Shown: positions 35,727 to 45,599, counted from the first letter of the stretch. The stretch: DNA of 60,629 bases from Yoonia sp. (GCA_964230945.1 CAXRJJ010000034.1:1-60629); one strand, 5' to 3'. Numbers and translations: made by a program. The notes: a model not told the origin generated them from the sequence alone.

Positions 35727-36269
35727 TTGCCTCTAGTTACTATCAGTGGCCAAGCGGGAAGTGGTACCAGTACATTGGTCGAAGGACTATGCAATGCCAA
35801 GGGGTGGGAATATCTCAATGGTGGTATGATTTTTCGTTCAGAAGCAGAACGAAGAGGTATGAAGTTGAGTGCATTTGCTGAATTGTGTAGAGAGGATCTC
35901 GAGGTGGATAAGAGGCTTGATGAGGAATTGAAGCGGCATATGCTCAAGCAAGATGGGCCGCAAGTAGTAGAGAGTCGTTTGGCGGGATGGTGGGCCTACC
36001 AATTAGAACTACCAGCCAAGAGAGTCTGGTTAGAAGTCTCAATCGAGGAGAGGTCGAGAAGAGTTGTGCAGCGCGAAGGCGGAGATTTGGAATTTCGCAA
36101 ACAAGAGATCCTTGCTAGAGAGAGTAAGGACTTACACAGGTTTCAGGAGTTGTACCAGTTAGATCCTGCTGATATGACGCCATATACTGATATCGTGGAT
36201 GCTGACGAGTTGAGTGCAGAAGAAGTTCTTTCATTAGTATTGGAAATTATTGAGGGGGTATCAGATTGA
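35727..36269 (+). CDS. cmk: Cytidylate kinase (archaeal type)
   Basis: P-loop ISGQAGSGTSTL right at the N-terminus if the TTG at 35727 is the start (5 nt after the upstream stop). The track start at 35664 is also a TTG and would overlap the upstream gene by 59 nt. Confidence 0.85.
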   Translation: MPLVTISGQAGSGTSTLVEGLCNAKGWEYLNGGMIFRSEAERRGMKLSAFAELCREDLEVDKRLDEELKRHMLKQDGPQVVESRLAGWWAYQLELPAKRVWLEVSIEERSRRVVQREGGDLEFRKQEILARESKDLHRFQELYQLDPADMTPYTDIVDADELSAEEVLSLVLEIIEGVSD

Positions 36270-37222
36270 CGAGAATCACAGTGAGCCAAGCGAGTACTTC
36301 GGCTGAGCATGGAAAGAGGCCAGAAGCACGTACATTGGAAGAGAGGATGATGGCTGGAATCATTCTTCTTGACAAGGCTGCAGGACCTACTTCGCATCAA
36401 TTAACAGCATGGGCCAAAGAACTACTGGGCATAGATAAGATGGGGCATGGGGGGACTTTGGATCCTTTTGCCACAGGAGTGCTTCCATTGTTACTTGGTA
36501 GATCTATGCGCTTGACTTCGGGATTGCTTAGTCATTCAAAGACATATGTCGCGGTATTGAGAGTCCATGGTGGAGTTGATATGGAACGTATCGAAGCTGC
36601 TGTAGAACAGCAACGTGGTCGCATATACAACGTGCCCCCTGATATTTCTGCAGTCAAGGTTCAAGTGCGGACGCGCAGAATCGATAGGCTAGAGATTCTA
36701 GATGATGACTCTGAACACGTTGTCCTCGAAATCGATTGTGAAGCGGGGACATATATCCGTACAATGGCTAGAGATATCGGATTATTGATAGGAAAGAAGA
36801 CTGAATTGGTTGAATTACGTAGAACTGCTAGTGGGATATTCTCAATAGAGAATTGTGTCACAATGGAACAACTTGCTGATGCTTGGTGGTTATACAGCGA
36901 GAAAGGGGATGATTCTGCTATTACTCAAATGATTCAACCGATGGAATTGCTGGTTGCATCCCGACCCAGTGTAGTCATCAAGGATGGTGCGGCAGCCAGT
37001 ATTGCACATGGTGCTCCATTGTTGAGGCCAGGGATAGTAAACATGCCAGATGATCTCAACCCTGGGGATGAAGTTTCTTTGAACTCGATTAAGGGAGAAT
37101 TAGTGGCTACTGCTGAAATGTTACTAGGAAGTCAAGAGATATTATCTATAGAACAAGGTGAAGTTGCTCGTTCAACAGCAGTATTGCTGCCTACAGGTGT
37201 CTATCCAAGACACAAGAAATAA
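36266..37222 (+). CDS. cbf5: tRNA/rRNA pseudouridine synthase Cbf5 (H/ACA RNP catalytic subunit, TruB family with PUA domain)
   Basis: Motifs LLDKAAGPTSHQ and catalytic HGGTLDPFATGVLPLLLG, plus a C-terminal PUA-like region. The TTG start overlaps the cmk stop, with GAGGGGGT upstream; alternative starts are GTG 36281 and ATG 36347. Confidence 0.92.
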   Translation: MTRITVSQASTSAEHGKRPEARTLEERMMAGIILLDKAAGPTSHQLTAWAKELLGIDKMGHGGTLDPFATGVLPLLLGRSMRLTSGLLSHSKTYVAVLRVHGGVDMERIEAAVEQQRGRIYNVPPDISAVKVQVRTRRIDRLEILDDDSEHVVLEIDCEAGTYIRTMARDIGLLIGKKTELVELRRTASGIFSIENCVTMEQLADAWWLYSEKGDDSAITQMIQPMELLVASRPSVVIKDGAAASIAHGAPLLRPGIVNMPDDLNPGDEVSLNSIKGELVATAEMLLGSQEILSIEQGEVARSTAVLLPTGVYPRHKK

Positions 37223-37311
37223 TCACGCCTCAATGTATTCTTCATATGTCCATTCATCGGTCTCGATACGGATTTTCAATTCGCTCATGTTCCCACACTC
37301 CACCCTTCCTT

Positions 37312-37327
37312 GCAATCCGAGGATTGC
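37312..37327. repeat. Perfect 16-nt palindrome GCAATCCGAGGATTGC in the largest non-coding gap of the window
   Basis: Read directly from the sequence. It lies in the 216-bp spacer between the convergent cbf5 and the 797-aa surface-protein gene. It could form a 6-bp stem with a CGAG loop on either strand. Function unknown. Confidence 0.6.
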
Positions 37328-37438
37328 TGGCCCCCACAGCCAGAAGAGTACCCCTTTGTGAGTCCAGCCACTTATGATGATTGTCCGTAATTTCGCGTTT
37401 ATCCGCCCTACGGTGTTTGATTAAGGCCTCATTCCGCC

Positions 37439-39832
37439 TCATTCGATTTTGCGGATGCCTTTTGGTGCAAACATGAAGAAAATTGCGATAATTGCCATTA
37501 TTGCGGCAGTGGTTAATCCGATCTGCACGTTATCACTGATTCCAGAAGATTGTTGTTCGCTAGAACCACTAGTTTCAGGACTCTTTACAGCAATAGTCAG
37601 GTTGCCTTGGTTGTTATTTTCATCAGTTTCTCTTATCTCTAGTGTATGATCGAGAATTATCGTCAATCTAACCGCGTCGTCATCGGCAGGAACTTGCCAG
37701 TCACAAATTGCTCTACGCAATTGCCCAGGGGAAATCAAATCGATGATTGCAACATCGAAAGGTTGGCCATCAGCAAGACACTTGATCGAGATAAATTGTG
37801 CATCTTCTTGTCCATCATTTCTCACCCAGCCTACTACCTCTACAACATCTCCAGCTACGACTTCTTCTGTGTTCCCGTCAGCCTCTACACTTTCTACCAG
37901 TAGATCAGGAAGTGCTTGAGATGTGACTATGATTTCGCGAGATGCTGCGAGTTCACCATCACTTACCGTAATTGTCAGGATCCATTCTCCAGTAGTTGCA
38001 GGTTGGATCTTTATCTGCTCACCATTCCATTGAGCCCAAGAGTAATCCATGGAAACTGTCAATTCTGATTCAGTATCATCAACATCTGAAAATTCAATAT
38101 CAAGGTAAGCCGCTTCTGGAAGTGAAACATGAATCTGAGGTGGTAGATTATCTAGGATTGGAGCATCGTTCACCGGGTTGACTATAATTGAGATATTCTG
38201 ACTCCAAGTATTTCTCTCAGCAAGCCCTGGTCGGTCCATGACAGAAACCATGACTGTAGCCTCCCCACTGGCTTCGGGAACTAGGCTCAAGCGAATCTGA
38301 TCTCCAGAGATATCCGCAACGAGAATGTCGTCATTTGTTGAAACAGCAGAATATTCTAGGTCTTCAACAGCAGTCAAATCATCGCTACAAGGTAGGGTGA
38401 TGAATGTACCACCTCCATCCTCATCGAATTCAAGTTCAGAGGGTATTGAGCAGGTGGGCGGCTCATCCCAAGAGATTCTGTAGGCGCCATCGATTTTCAA
38501 TGCGTTGACTTCGACAACTAAGGACATCGGCTCACCATCATCATTCCAAGCAAAAGCAGAATTAATTGAGATAGTCAAAGGTTCACCTTTGGCGGGTAAG
38601 GCATTTCCAATCTGCACAATATGTTCATTACTTCCAGTAGAAGAGAGGAATTGCCGAGCTACCATGTTTCCCGAAATCGAGATTTGGACTAAACTCTGAT
38701 TAGCAATTATTCCAGAGAGGTCTCCATGTACATTGAAGGTGACAGTCAATGTTGGGTCATTGATGTCAACTCGTACTCGTTCTAGGCATCCATCTTCGAC
38801 ATTTGCTTTGATCTGGAGGTAAGCCATTGCAGGAAGTATTGATGCGAAAGTTGTCTCTTGCCAATCAGTCCACTGTTCTGCATCATTCGATGCTCGAACT
38901 TCAAGACTTCCACTCCATGTTCCGGCATCAGACAATCTGCCCCAAGATTGCATATGTGGTCTTTCAATAATTTCAGAAGTCCAAGTACCGGTTTGGTTCT
39001 CCAATGCTAAAAGGCCGCATGTGGACAAACTTAGGCCGTCCCATTCTCCAAGTGTGAAATTAAGATCGAATACAGGGAACTCAAGGTCGGGTATCTCAAT
39101 GCTGGCTGCGGACGTCTCCAATCCCCAAGATGCCTTGCGGTGAACTACTCTATATCCAGCCGCATCGACTTGCAATTGAGAATCATCTGTGCCACCTACG
39201 CTGACATAGTCCAAAGTTAGTTGGGAGTTTGCAATTTTGTCCCAATCCCAATCGAACTTTTCGCTGATATTCAAGACCCAATAAGGTGAGGACATTTCAT
39301 CTATTCCAGAGGTGGTATGCGCCCATGTCTTGAGCAGTTCACTCTGGCCATCAACCGAAACTGAGAATCTAACCGAATCCTGAGTAAGTTGGTCGGGAAT
39401 GGCGAATGAAACTACGAGGTGAACACTCTCAATCTGTGCACCATTGGCTGTACTAACGTCGAAGTCATCAACAATGATCTCAGGACCCAATGTCCACGAA
39501 TAGGTTTGGTCAGGGGCACCTACTGCTCCTCCGCCATATTCAGAGACATTGTCTTGAGCCCAGAATTCAGATGTTTGAAGGTTCATTGGCCGACTATGGG
39601 TGAAGGATATCTTGGAGTCGGCTGTCATTGCGGTAGTATGTTCGGCTGCGCCCCCAGTCCATCCTTTTTCAGATGAAAACTCCCACGAGGTGTCTGAAAG
39701 AATGCTGGAATCAATAAGGTCCCACGTCTCCAATGAGTCGACAACTCTAGCCTGTGATGAAGGAAGACATACACAGGGCATGAACAATGCAGACAGCATC
39801 AGCATGGCTAGCGCAGTATGCTTCATGTCCAT
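37439..39832 (-). CDS. Large surface protein (signal peptide, cadherin-like and CARDB-like domains, C-terminal TM anchor with 7-aa basic tail)
   Basis: Signal MDMKHTALAMLMLSALFMPCVCLPSSQA. It has a VNPVNDAPILDNLPP cadherin-like signature and a CARDB-like IRETDENNNQGNLTI. The C-terminus is S-rich linker-VQIGLTTAAIMAIIAIFFMFAPKGIRKIE. Confidence 0.7.
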   Translation of the reverse strand: MDMKHTALAMLMLSALFMPCVCLPSSQARVVDSLETWDLIDSSILSDTSWEFSSEKGWTGGAAEHTTAMTADSKISFTHSRPMNLQTSEFWAQDNVSEYGGGAVGAPDQTYSWTLGPEIIVDDFDVSTANGAQIESVHLVVSFAIPDQLTQDSVRFSVSVDGQSELLKTWAHTTSGIDEMSSPYWVLNISEKFDWDWDKIANSQLTLDYVSVGGTDDSQLQVDAAGYRVVHRKASWGLETSAASIEIPDLEFPVFDLNFTLGEWDGLSLSTCGLLALENQTGTWTSEIIERPHMQSWGRLSDAGTWSGSLEVRASNDAEQWTDWQETTFASILPAMAYLQIKANVEDGCLERVRVDINDPTLTVTFNVHGDLSGIIANQSLVQISISGNMVARQFLSSTGSNEHIVQIGNALPAKGEPLTISINSAFAWNDDGEPMSLVVEVNALKIDGAYRISWDEPPTCSIPSELEFDEDGGGTFITLPCSDDLTAVEDLEYSAVSTNDDILVADISGDQIRLSLVPEASGEATVMVSVMDRPGLAERNTWSQNISIIVNPVNDAPILDNLPPQIHVSLPEAAYLDIEFSDVDDTESELTVSMDYSWAQWNGEQIKIQPATTGEWILTITVSDGELAASREIIVTSQALPDLLVESVEADGNTEEVVAGDVVEVVGWVRNDGQEDAQFISIKCLADGQPFDVAIIDLISPGQLRRAICDWQVPADDDAVRLTIILDHTLEIRETDENNNQGNLTIAVKSPETSGSSEQQSSGISDNVQIGLTTAAIMAIIAIFFMFAPKGIRKIE

Positions 39833-39935
39833 ACTCCCGCAGCATCAGGACTTCAAACCCTTGGTCCTATGTATAGGGACATAGCGAAGTCGCGCAACCT
39901 TCAAACAGAATACGTCAGTCGCCGCAATACTCGAT

Positions 39936-40011
39936 GGCTGTGGTAGTGTAGGGGTTAGCACGGTAGGTTGTGGTCCTGCCGGCCCGGGTTCAATTCCCGG
40001 CCACGGCCCCA
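39936..40011 (+). tRNA. tRNA-His (anticodon GUG) with genomically encoded G-1 and 3' CCA
   Basis: Folded by hand: G(-1) at 39936, acceptor GCTGTGG/CCACGGC (one G-U pair), anticodon stem GTAGG/CCTGC, loop TTGTGGT (GUG), T-arm CCGGG-TTCAATT-CCCGG, discriminator C at 40008, then CCA at 40009..40011. Confidence 0.9.
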
Positions 40012-40084
40012 TCGATTGAATCACTGAACGAGATGTTGACCAAAGTGTGCGAATGCACTATAACCAACAGTCCATGGCGGGGCC

Positions 40085-41653
40085 GTGTCTGCTCAGATTC
40101 CATGTGGTATCGACGATATCGCAATCCACTTCCCTCGTATCTTCATGGACATGAAAGATTTCGCGCAGATGCGCGGTGCCGATTATGGCAAATTGAATAA
40201 GGGACTAGGGTTGTCAGGAATGGCAATTCCTGATGTTCACGAAGATACTGCTACAATGGGTGCTAATGCAGTCTCTAGGTTGATAGATCGCAATGGCCTT
40301 GATCCTCGCCGAATAGGGCGAATGTATCTCGGTACTGAATCGGCACTAGATGGCGCCAAACCGACTTCTACCTACATTCTAGATATGCTCAACCAAAGAT
40401 ATGAGAAACAATTCTCTGAAGATTGCTTTCGAAACTGCGATGTTGTCGATATGACCTTTGCTTGTATTGGTGCGGTAGATGCCTTGCACAATACTCTCGA
40501 TTGGGTCGCGAGAGGAGGTCCCGAGAAGGACCGTATCGGAATAGTGGTATTCAGTGATAACGCCAAGTACGACCTTGAATCCAGCGGCGAATATACACAG
40601 GGTGCTGGAGGAGGAGCACTACTGATTAGGCACAATCCTCGTTTGCTGGCTATTCCCGATCGTTGGGGAGTTTCAACAACTCCGGTGCATGATTTCTTCA
40701 AGCCTCGACGTGAAGTATCAATCACATCCGTAATCAGCCACGTTTTGACTCTTGCCAAAGAAGCAGGAGCCAAGATCAAGGAGGGATTAGCAGAGCGTAT
40801 GGTCAAGCATCTTCCGAGTTCAACTGTTCGAAGGATGGGTATATTTGCACATGGAGAAAACAAGGTGCAGGTGCATCGTGATGAGCCGGTATTCGATGGT
40901 CAATTCAGTAATCAGTGCTATCAAGTTGCAGTTAAGGAGGCATTCAGGGATTTCTCAAAGAAAGCGGTTGAAGATGGCAGATATGTGCTAGAGCACGACC
41001 CGGTGTTGACAGAACAATGGGCTCGAATTATCATGCACCTACCATATGCTTTCCAAGCAAAGCGCATGTTTCCTGACGTATTCAGACATGACCGAAAATT
41101 CTCGGAAGAGTGGAAGAAAATTGAGAAGTCATTGGGCCCAGTTCCTCATTTAGAAGACTTTGAGGATACCCCTGAAGGTGAGGCTGAGTTCCAGAAATCC
41201 GCAGATGCTTATCGACGCGCCATCTCCAAGACTGAGGAATACCAATTGTTCCATTCTCAAAGAATCGAAAAAGGTCAGCGTGCATCAAGTTTGATCGGTA
41301 ACCAATACACAGGTTCGATTTTCCTAGCCATGATGTCCACCTTCGAATCTGATTATGAGGAGAACTCGTTTGAGGGAGGGGAATTCTTCGGACTTTGCGG
41401 TTACGGTAGTGGTGCCAAAGCCAAGGTGTTCGAGGGGTTAGTCGCTCCTGGATGGAGAGAAGTAGTCAGCCGTTGGCGTTTGTTTGAGCGTTTGGCTGGA
41501 CGAGTAGCTATCGACCAGGTTACTTATGAGGAGTTGCATAAGGAAACTCGTTCATCATCAGTCATTGCTCCAAAGGGAGAATTTGCCTTAGTGGAAGTTT
41601 CTGGAGAACCTGGCAATTTGGAAGGCGCCCGTTCTTATCTTTGGGTGGAGTGA
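40085..41653 (+). CDS. hmgS: Hydroxymethylglutaryl-CoA synthase (long, bacterial/eukaryotic-like form)
   Basis: 522 aa with a GTG start. N-terminal CGIDDIAIHFPRIFMD..., catalytic Cys context DMTFACIGAVDAL, HLPYAFQAKRMF, and GNQYTGSIFLAM. Confidence 0.9.
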   Translation: MSAQIPCGIDDIAIHFPRIFMDMKDFAQMRGADYGKLNKGLGLSGMAIPDVHEDTATMGANAVSRLIDRNGLDPRRIGRMYLGTESALDGAKPTSTYILDMLNQRYEKQFSEDCFRNCDVVDMTFACIGAVDALHNTLDWVARGGPEKDRIGIVVFSDNAKYDLESSGEYTQGAGGGALLIRHNPRLLAIPDRWGVSTTPVHDFFKPRREVSITSVISHVLTLAKEAGAKIKEGLAERMVKHLPSSTVRRMGIFAHGENKVQVHRDEPVFDGQFSNQCYQVAVKEAFRDFSKKAVEDGRYVLEHDPVLTEQWARIIMHLPYAFQAKRMFPDVFRHDRKFSEEWKKIEKSLGPVPHLEDFEDTPEGEAEFQKSADAYRRAISKTEEYQLFHSQRIEKGQRASSLIGNQYTGSIFLAMMSTFESDYEENSFEGGEFFGLCGYGSGAKAKVFEGLVAPGWREVVSRWRLFERLAGRVAIDQVTYEELHKETRSSSVIAPKGEFALVEVSGEPGNLEGARSYLWVE

Positions 41654-42154
41654 TTAGGACATCTTGTCCAGTTGTTCCAGAATGAACGCCATAGATTCGG
41701 GATTTGCTTCTTTGTTCTTGTTCGAAACTAGAGTTCGACCAACAACGTTGCACCCAAGGTAAGAGAACTGCATGCGCATTACTGAGATTACACTATTCCC
41801 TCCACCTCCGCTGTGGGTAGAAAGGGCGACTGCTCGACCATTGAAGAGACCTCGAAAATCATCCCCATGAGTAGATAGCCATGCGATTGAATTGTTCAGA
41901 GTAGGAGGCATGGCGCCGTTGTATTCTGGAGCACATACTATCCAAGCATCAGCCTGCTCGAATATGTCCTCTAATTCTGACACACCTTCAGGTCGCCCTT
42001 CTTTGTCAAGTGCAGGGGTGTATAGAGGTAGGCTGGCGGCACAGAGGTCAACCATGGACATCGTGTGTCCTTTTTCCGATCCTACACTGCACCAAAGTTC
42101 GGCCAATTCCTTGTTCTTACCGTCAGATGCAGCGATGACGAGAATCTTAACCAT
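41654..42154 (-). CDS. NADPH-dependent FMN reductase / flavodoxin-like fold protein
   Basis: MVKILVIAASDGKNKE... with PEYNGAMPPTLNNSIAWLS. Start placed at the ATG at 42154; the track start at 42193 is a TTG. Confidence 0.75.
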   Translation of the reverse strand: MVKILVIAASDGKNKELAELWCSVGSEKGHTMSMVDLCAASLPLYTPALDKEGRPEGVSELEDIFEQADAWIVCAPEYNGAMPPTLNNSIAWLSTHGDDFRGLFNGRAVALSTHSGGGGNSVISVMRMQFSYLGCNVVGRTLVSNKNKEANPESMAFILEQLDKMS

Positions 42155-42288
42155 GGTTGCTGATATGGATTCTTCTAAAGAAGATGAGGGCAAATGGCTC
42201 TGATTTAGAACTCTAGAAATCGTCCTCTAAAGCATAAGTCCTCAGGGAATCATTATACCACCGTCAGTGTCCCTGAATATCGATTGGG

Positions 42289-42684
42289 ATGCACTCACCT
42301 CAGCGAAAGCAGGAATTCTCCATGAAATGTATGTTGATGGACATGATGGAGAAAGAACTCGAAAAACAGGGAACTATAGCGCGAACAGAACAGCAGAGGA
42401 GATTGAACCCTGCAAGAAAGAAGGCGGATCACAGTAGTGCTGCTGCAGCGGTCATCTCCGAGATTGAGAAGCCAGTGGAAGCCTCGCCACCAAAGGAGAT
42501 GATTGCTTTTGATGCTTCAGTTAGACATACAGATCTAGCGCGCAAGCAAAAGCCACGCGTTCGTCGAGTTATCAAATCAGATAGGACTGTTGCAGGGCTA
42601 TCAAACAGGGCTGCCAAGCATGATTCCAACGTCAGAGTGGGTGATTCAAGACCTCTTAGAACACGTAGAGTGCGAATGACGTGA
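42289..42684 (+). CDS. Hypothetical basic low-complexity protein
   Basis: 131-aa ORF rich in R/K. No family recognised; it may not be a real gene. Confidence 0.3.
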   Translation: MHSPQRKQEFSMKCMLMDMMEKELEKQGTIARTEQQRRLNPARKKADHSSAAAAVISEIEKPVEASPPKEMIAFDASVRHTDLARKQKPRVRRVIKSDRTVAGLSNRAAKHDSNVRVGDSRPLRTRRVRMT

Positions 42685-42748
42685 GTCTTCAGCAGAAACG
42701 AACATTCTTGATGCCCACTAGGGTGGGCGAGACGTCCGGAGGGGTTTC

Positions 42749-43948
42749 ATGGCTACAGATATGTACAATCCGAGCGATGAACACCAAATGATTCGCGAGA
42801 TGGTTAGTAACTTTGTTGAGGAACATGTTGAGCCTCAGGCTTTGGAATATGATCGGGATGAGAAATTCAATCTCGAATTGTTCAGGAGCCTAGGAGAATT
42901 AGGCCTTCTTGGTATAACTGCTGATGAACAACATGGTGGTGCTGGGATGGATGCGACAGCAGCGGTTATTGTGCACGAGGAATTATCAGCCAGCGACCCA
43001 GGTTTTGCTTTGGCTTACCTTGCTCATAGCATGCTCTTTGTCAACAATCTTTCAGTCAATGGTAGTGAAGAACAGAAGGCAAGATTCCTACCCGAAGTAT
43101 GCACTGGAGAGAAGATTGGTTGCATGGCGATGTCAGAGCCAGATGCTGGCACAGATGTCCTTGGGCTTTCTAGCACTGCTGTACGTAATGACGCCGGCGA
43201 TTGGGTGCTAAATGGCAGAAAAATGTGGATTACTAATGGTTGCATCGATGAGGATGGAACTCCTGCAGATATTGTCTGGGTCTACGCAAAGACAGGTGTT
43301 GATGAACAGGGGAGGCCACAAATCTCCACCTTCCTTGTAGAAGCCGGATTCCCAGGATATTCGGTTGGTCAGAAGATAATGGATAAGACCGGAATGAGGG
43401 CTTCCAATACCGCTGAATTAGTCTTCGATGATTGCCTTGTTCCTGCTGCAAACATGGTTGGTGAACAAGGCAGCGCTCTTTCTCACATGATGCGAAATCT
43501 CGAACTTGAGCGTTTGACACTGGCTGCTATGGCAGTAGGAATCTCAAGGCGTTCTTTACAAGCAATGAATCGCTATGCTGATGAGCGACAGGCTTTCGGT
43601 AAGGTGATTCGGGATTTCGGACAGATTCAGAGACATATTGGTGAATCTTGGGCCGAATACAGGGCCATGCGCGCCTATCTCTATGATACCGCTAGAAGAA
43701 TGACACTTGGAGAGAGCGGACATCGACTCGATAGCGATGGAATCAAGTTGTTTGCAACTACCGCTGCCAAGAATATTGCAGATAGGGCAATGCAAGTGAT
43801 GGGTGGATACGGATACGTCGGTGAATATGTCGTCGAAAGATTGTGGCGTGATGCAAAACTTCTGGAGATTGGAGGAGGTACAATCGAATCTCATCAGAAG
43901 AATATCACCAAGGATCTGGCAAAGGATCCGGATGCGATTCTCCGTTAA
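42749..43948 (+). CDS. Acyl-CoA dehydrogenase (isovaleryl/short-branched-chain-like)
   Basis: 399 aa with the typical ACAD layout (GCMAMSEPDAGTDV, WITNG, catalytic region ...GGYGYVGEYVVERLWRDAKLLEIGGGT). GGAGGGG lies upstream of the ATG. Confidence 0.92.
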   Translation: MATDMYNPSDEHQMIREMVSNFVEEHVEPQALEYDRDEKFNLELFRSLGELGLLGITADEQHGGAGMDATAAVIVHEELSASDPGFALAYLAHSMLFVNNLSVNGSEEQKARFLPEVCTGEKIGCMAMSEPDAGTDVLGLSSTAVRNDAGDWVLNGRKMWITNGCIDEDGTPADIVWVYAKTGVDEQGRPQISTFLVEAGFPGYSVGQKIMDKTGMRASNTAELVFDDCLVPAANMVGEQGSALSHMMRNLELERLTLAAMAVGISRRSLQAMNRYADERQAFGKVIRDFGQIQRHIGESWAEYRAMRAYLYDTARRMTLGESGHRLDSDGIKLFATTAAKNIADRAMQVMGGYGYVGEYVVERLWRDAKLLEIGGGTIESHQKNITKDLAKDPDAILR

Positions 43949-43952
43949 TGAT

Positions 43953-44909
43953 TCAGGATGTTGAATCATCACCTTTTCCGAATTTTCTGGAGAAGGCTCG
44001 AGAGAAAGCGCCACCAAATCCTGAAATAAATAGTACAATCAATGCAATTATTGACCCGTATGCCCAGATATTGGTAACTGTGCTGAACTCTTCAGTAGTC
44101 AACATCAAGGCAGTACCAGCAGCTAAGGCGACACCGATTGAAGTTTGGATTCTCATTCCTATTGGCATCGACAACAAGGTTCGTGCCCGATGTAACCTAT
44201 GCAAAATGTGGAAGGACCACAGTCCGGCTCCTGCTCCCCAAGTAAATAGATCCGCAGGCCACGCCCCTCCAATCATCCATCCATTATTTGTGACATATTT
44301 GTCGGCACCAATCAATGCAACCAGCCAAAGTAAAGAAATTCCAATCAGGGTCATTCCCTCATTCAATGTCATGTTCAAATCCTTGCCTAGAGAATTGGGG
44401 CGGACGAGTTTTTCACTATCATTCTCCTCACTCGGTTTTTCCAATTCTTCTATACTAGATTGTAATTCTTTAATCTTCTCACTTTGATACTGCATGACAT
44501 CTACGGCATCGCTTAACAGGATTCTGAATTCAGTAAGTTTTGGGTCTTCTGATTCTTGTTCTTCATTTTCCAAACCATCGATTTCTTCGCTTGAATTGGA
44601 TTCTTTGATTTCAGGGGTTTCCTCTTTGTTTTGAATTTCAGATTCGGCGTTTTCCTCTACTTCATCGGAAACTTCAGCGACTTCATCGCCCTCTATAATT
44701 TCTGACTCTTCATCTGTGGATTCTGGTTCGATGTGCTCTACTGGAATGTTTCCTTGTTCACCCTCTTGTTCCATTTCTTCTTTGGAGAAAGATTCCTTCA
44801 GCGATGAAAGTCTAGCCTTGGTTGCTTCCATCATCCTGCGCGTAGCATCCTTCACTTTATCCGCAGCCGAAGGGCCTTTGATTGGCGGAAGGTGCTCGAC
44901 CATGTCCAT
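43953..44909 (-). CDS. Hypothetical membrane protein (acidic coiled-coil N-terminal half, ~4 TM C-terminal half)
   Basis: Start trimmed to the ATG at 44909 (MDMVEHLPP...) to remove the overlap with the upstream glycosylase gene. No family recognised. Confidence 0.5.
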   Translation of the reverse strand: MDMVEHLPPIKGPSAADKVKDATRRMMEATKARLSSLKESFSKEEMEQEGEQGNIPVEHIEPESTDEESEIIEGDEVAEVSDEVEENAESEIQNKEETPEIKESNSSEEIDGLENEEQESEDPKLTEFRILLSDAVDVMQYQSEKIKELQSSIEELEKPSEENDSEKLVRPNSLGKDLNMTLNEGMTLIGISLLWLVALIGADKYVTNNGWMIGGAWPADLFTWGAGAGLWSFHILHRLHRARTLLSMPIGMRIQTSIGVALAAGTALMLTTEEFSTVTNIWAYGSIIALIVLFISGFGGAFSRAFSRKFGKGDDSTS

Positions 44910-44944
44910 GAAATATATGTGCACTCTTTGAACACTTTGCTTGC

Positions 44945-45556
44945 TCAATACTGTACTGGTTCGGGGTCCATGCTTCTCCAAATATACCATGTTGCAGCCG
45001 AAGCATATGGCCTCCATGCTTCTGCGGTATTGAGTAATTCTTGCTTGGACATTTTCTCTCCATCATTGTACAGTCTTTCCATGCCTCTAATCAGGCCAAT
45101 ATCTCCAAGCGGTAGTATGTCCGGTCTAAGCAGAGTGAAAATGAGAACCATCTCGGCAGTCCATCTCCCTACCCCTTTCAGAGTACAAAGAAGTTCGATG
45201 GCCTCTTCATCATCCATTACTTGCCAATCCACTTTCTGTAATTCATCTGATCTTTTTGCAATTCCTTGGATGTATTCTACCTTTCTTTGGGATAATCCAC
45301 AACTACGTAGATCTTCAGTTGATGATTGCAATACCGATTTAGGCCTCACTTCTCCCAAATGTTCATTCAATCTTCTCCACACTGTCGCTGCCGCCAAAAC
45401 AGAGATTTGTTGGCCAACTATTGAGCGCATCAATGTCTCAACTAATTTTTCTCGTGATTCGAGAATTTCCCCTTGATATTTGTCGATAAATTTGGCAATG
45501 ATTGGATCATTATTGCGCAGATGTTTGATTGCATCCTGCCACCAAGATGCCTGCAT
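44945..45556 (-). CDS. HhH-GPD DNA glycosylase, 3-methyladenine DNA glycosylase II (AlkA)-like
   Basis: Start at the ATG at 45556 (MQASWWQDAIKHL...). HhH-GPD region LKGVGRWTAEMVLIFTLLRPDILPLGDIGLIRG. The 94-aa N-terminal extension in the track ORF overlaps the divergent HD gene and was rejected. Confidence 0.8.
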   Translation of the reverse strand: MQASWWQDAIKHLRNNDPIIAKFIDKYQGEILESREKLVETLMRSIVGQQISVLAAATVWRRLNEHLGEVRPKSVLQSSTEDLRSCGLSQRKVEYIQGIAKRSDELQKVDWQVMDDEEAIELLCTLKGVGRWTAEMVLIFTLLRPDILPLGDIGLIRGMERLYNDGEKMSKQELLNTAEAWRPYASAATWYIWRSMDPEPVQY

Positions 45557-45599
45557 GAGCCTGCGATGGGCTGATACCTGACAAAGGCATCGTGGCAGC

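Noticed and set aside
37373-37379. ATGATGA resembling a C/D-box sRNA C box
   Set aside because: No CUGA D or D' box at the expected spacing on either strand, and no terminal stem.
37254-37442. 62-aa Arg/Lys-rich ORF coupled by ATGA to the adhesin stop
   Set aside because: No SD and no family, and the composition is compatible with a chance ORF. It is kept as a low-priority finding rather than a feature.
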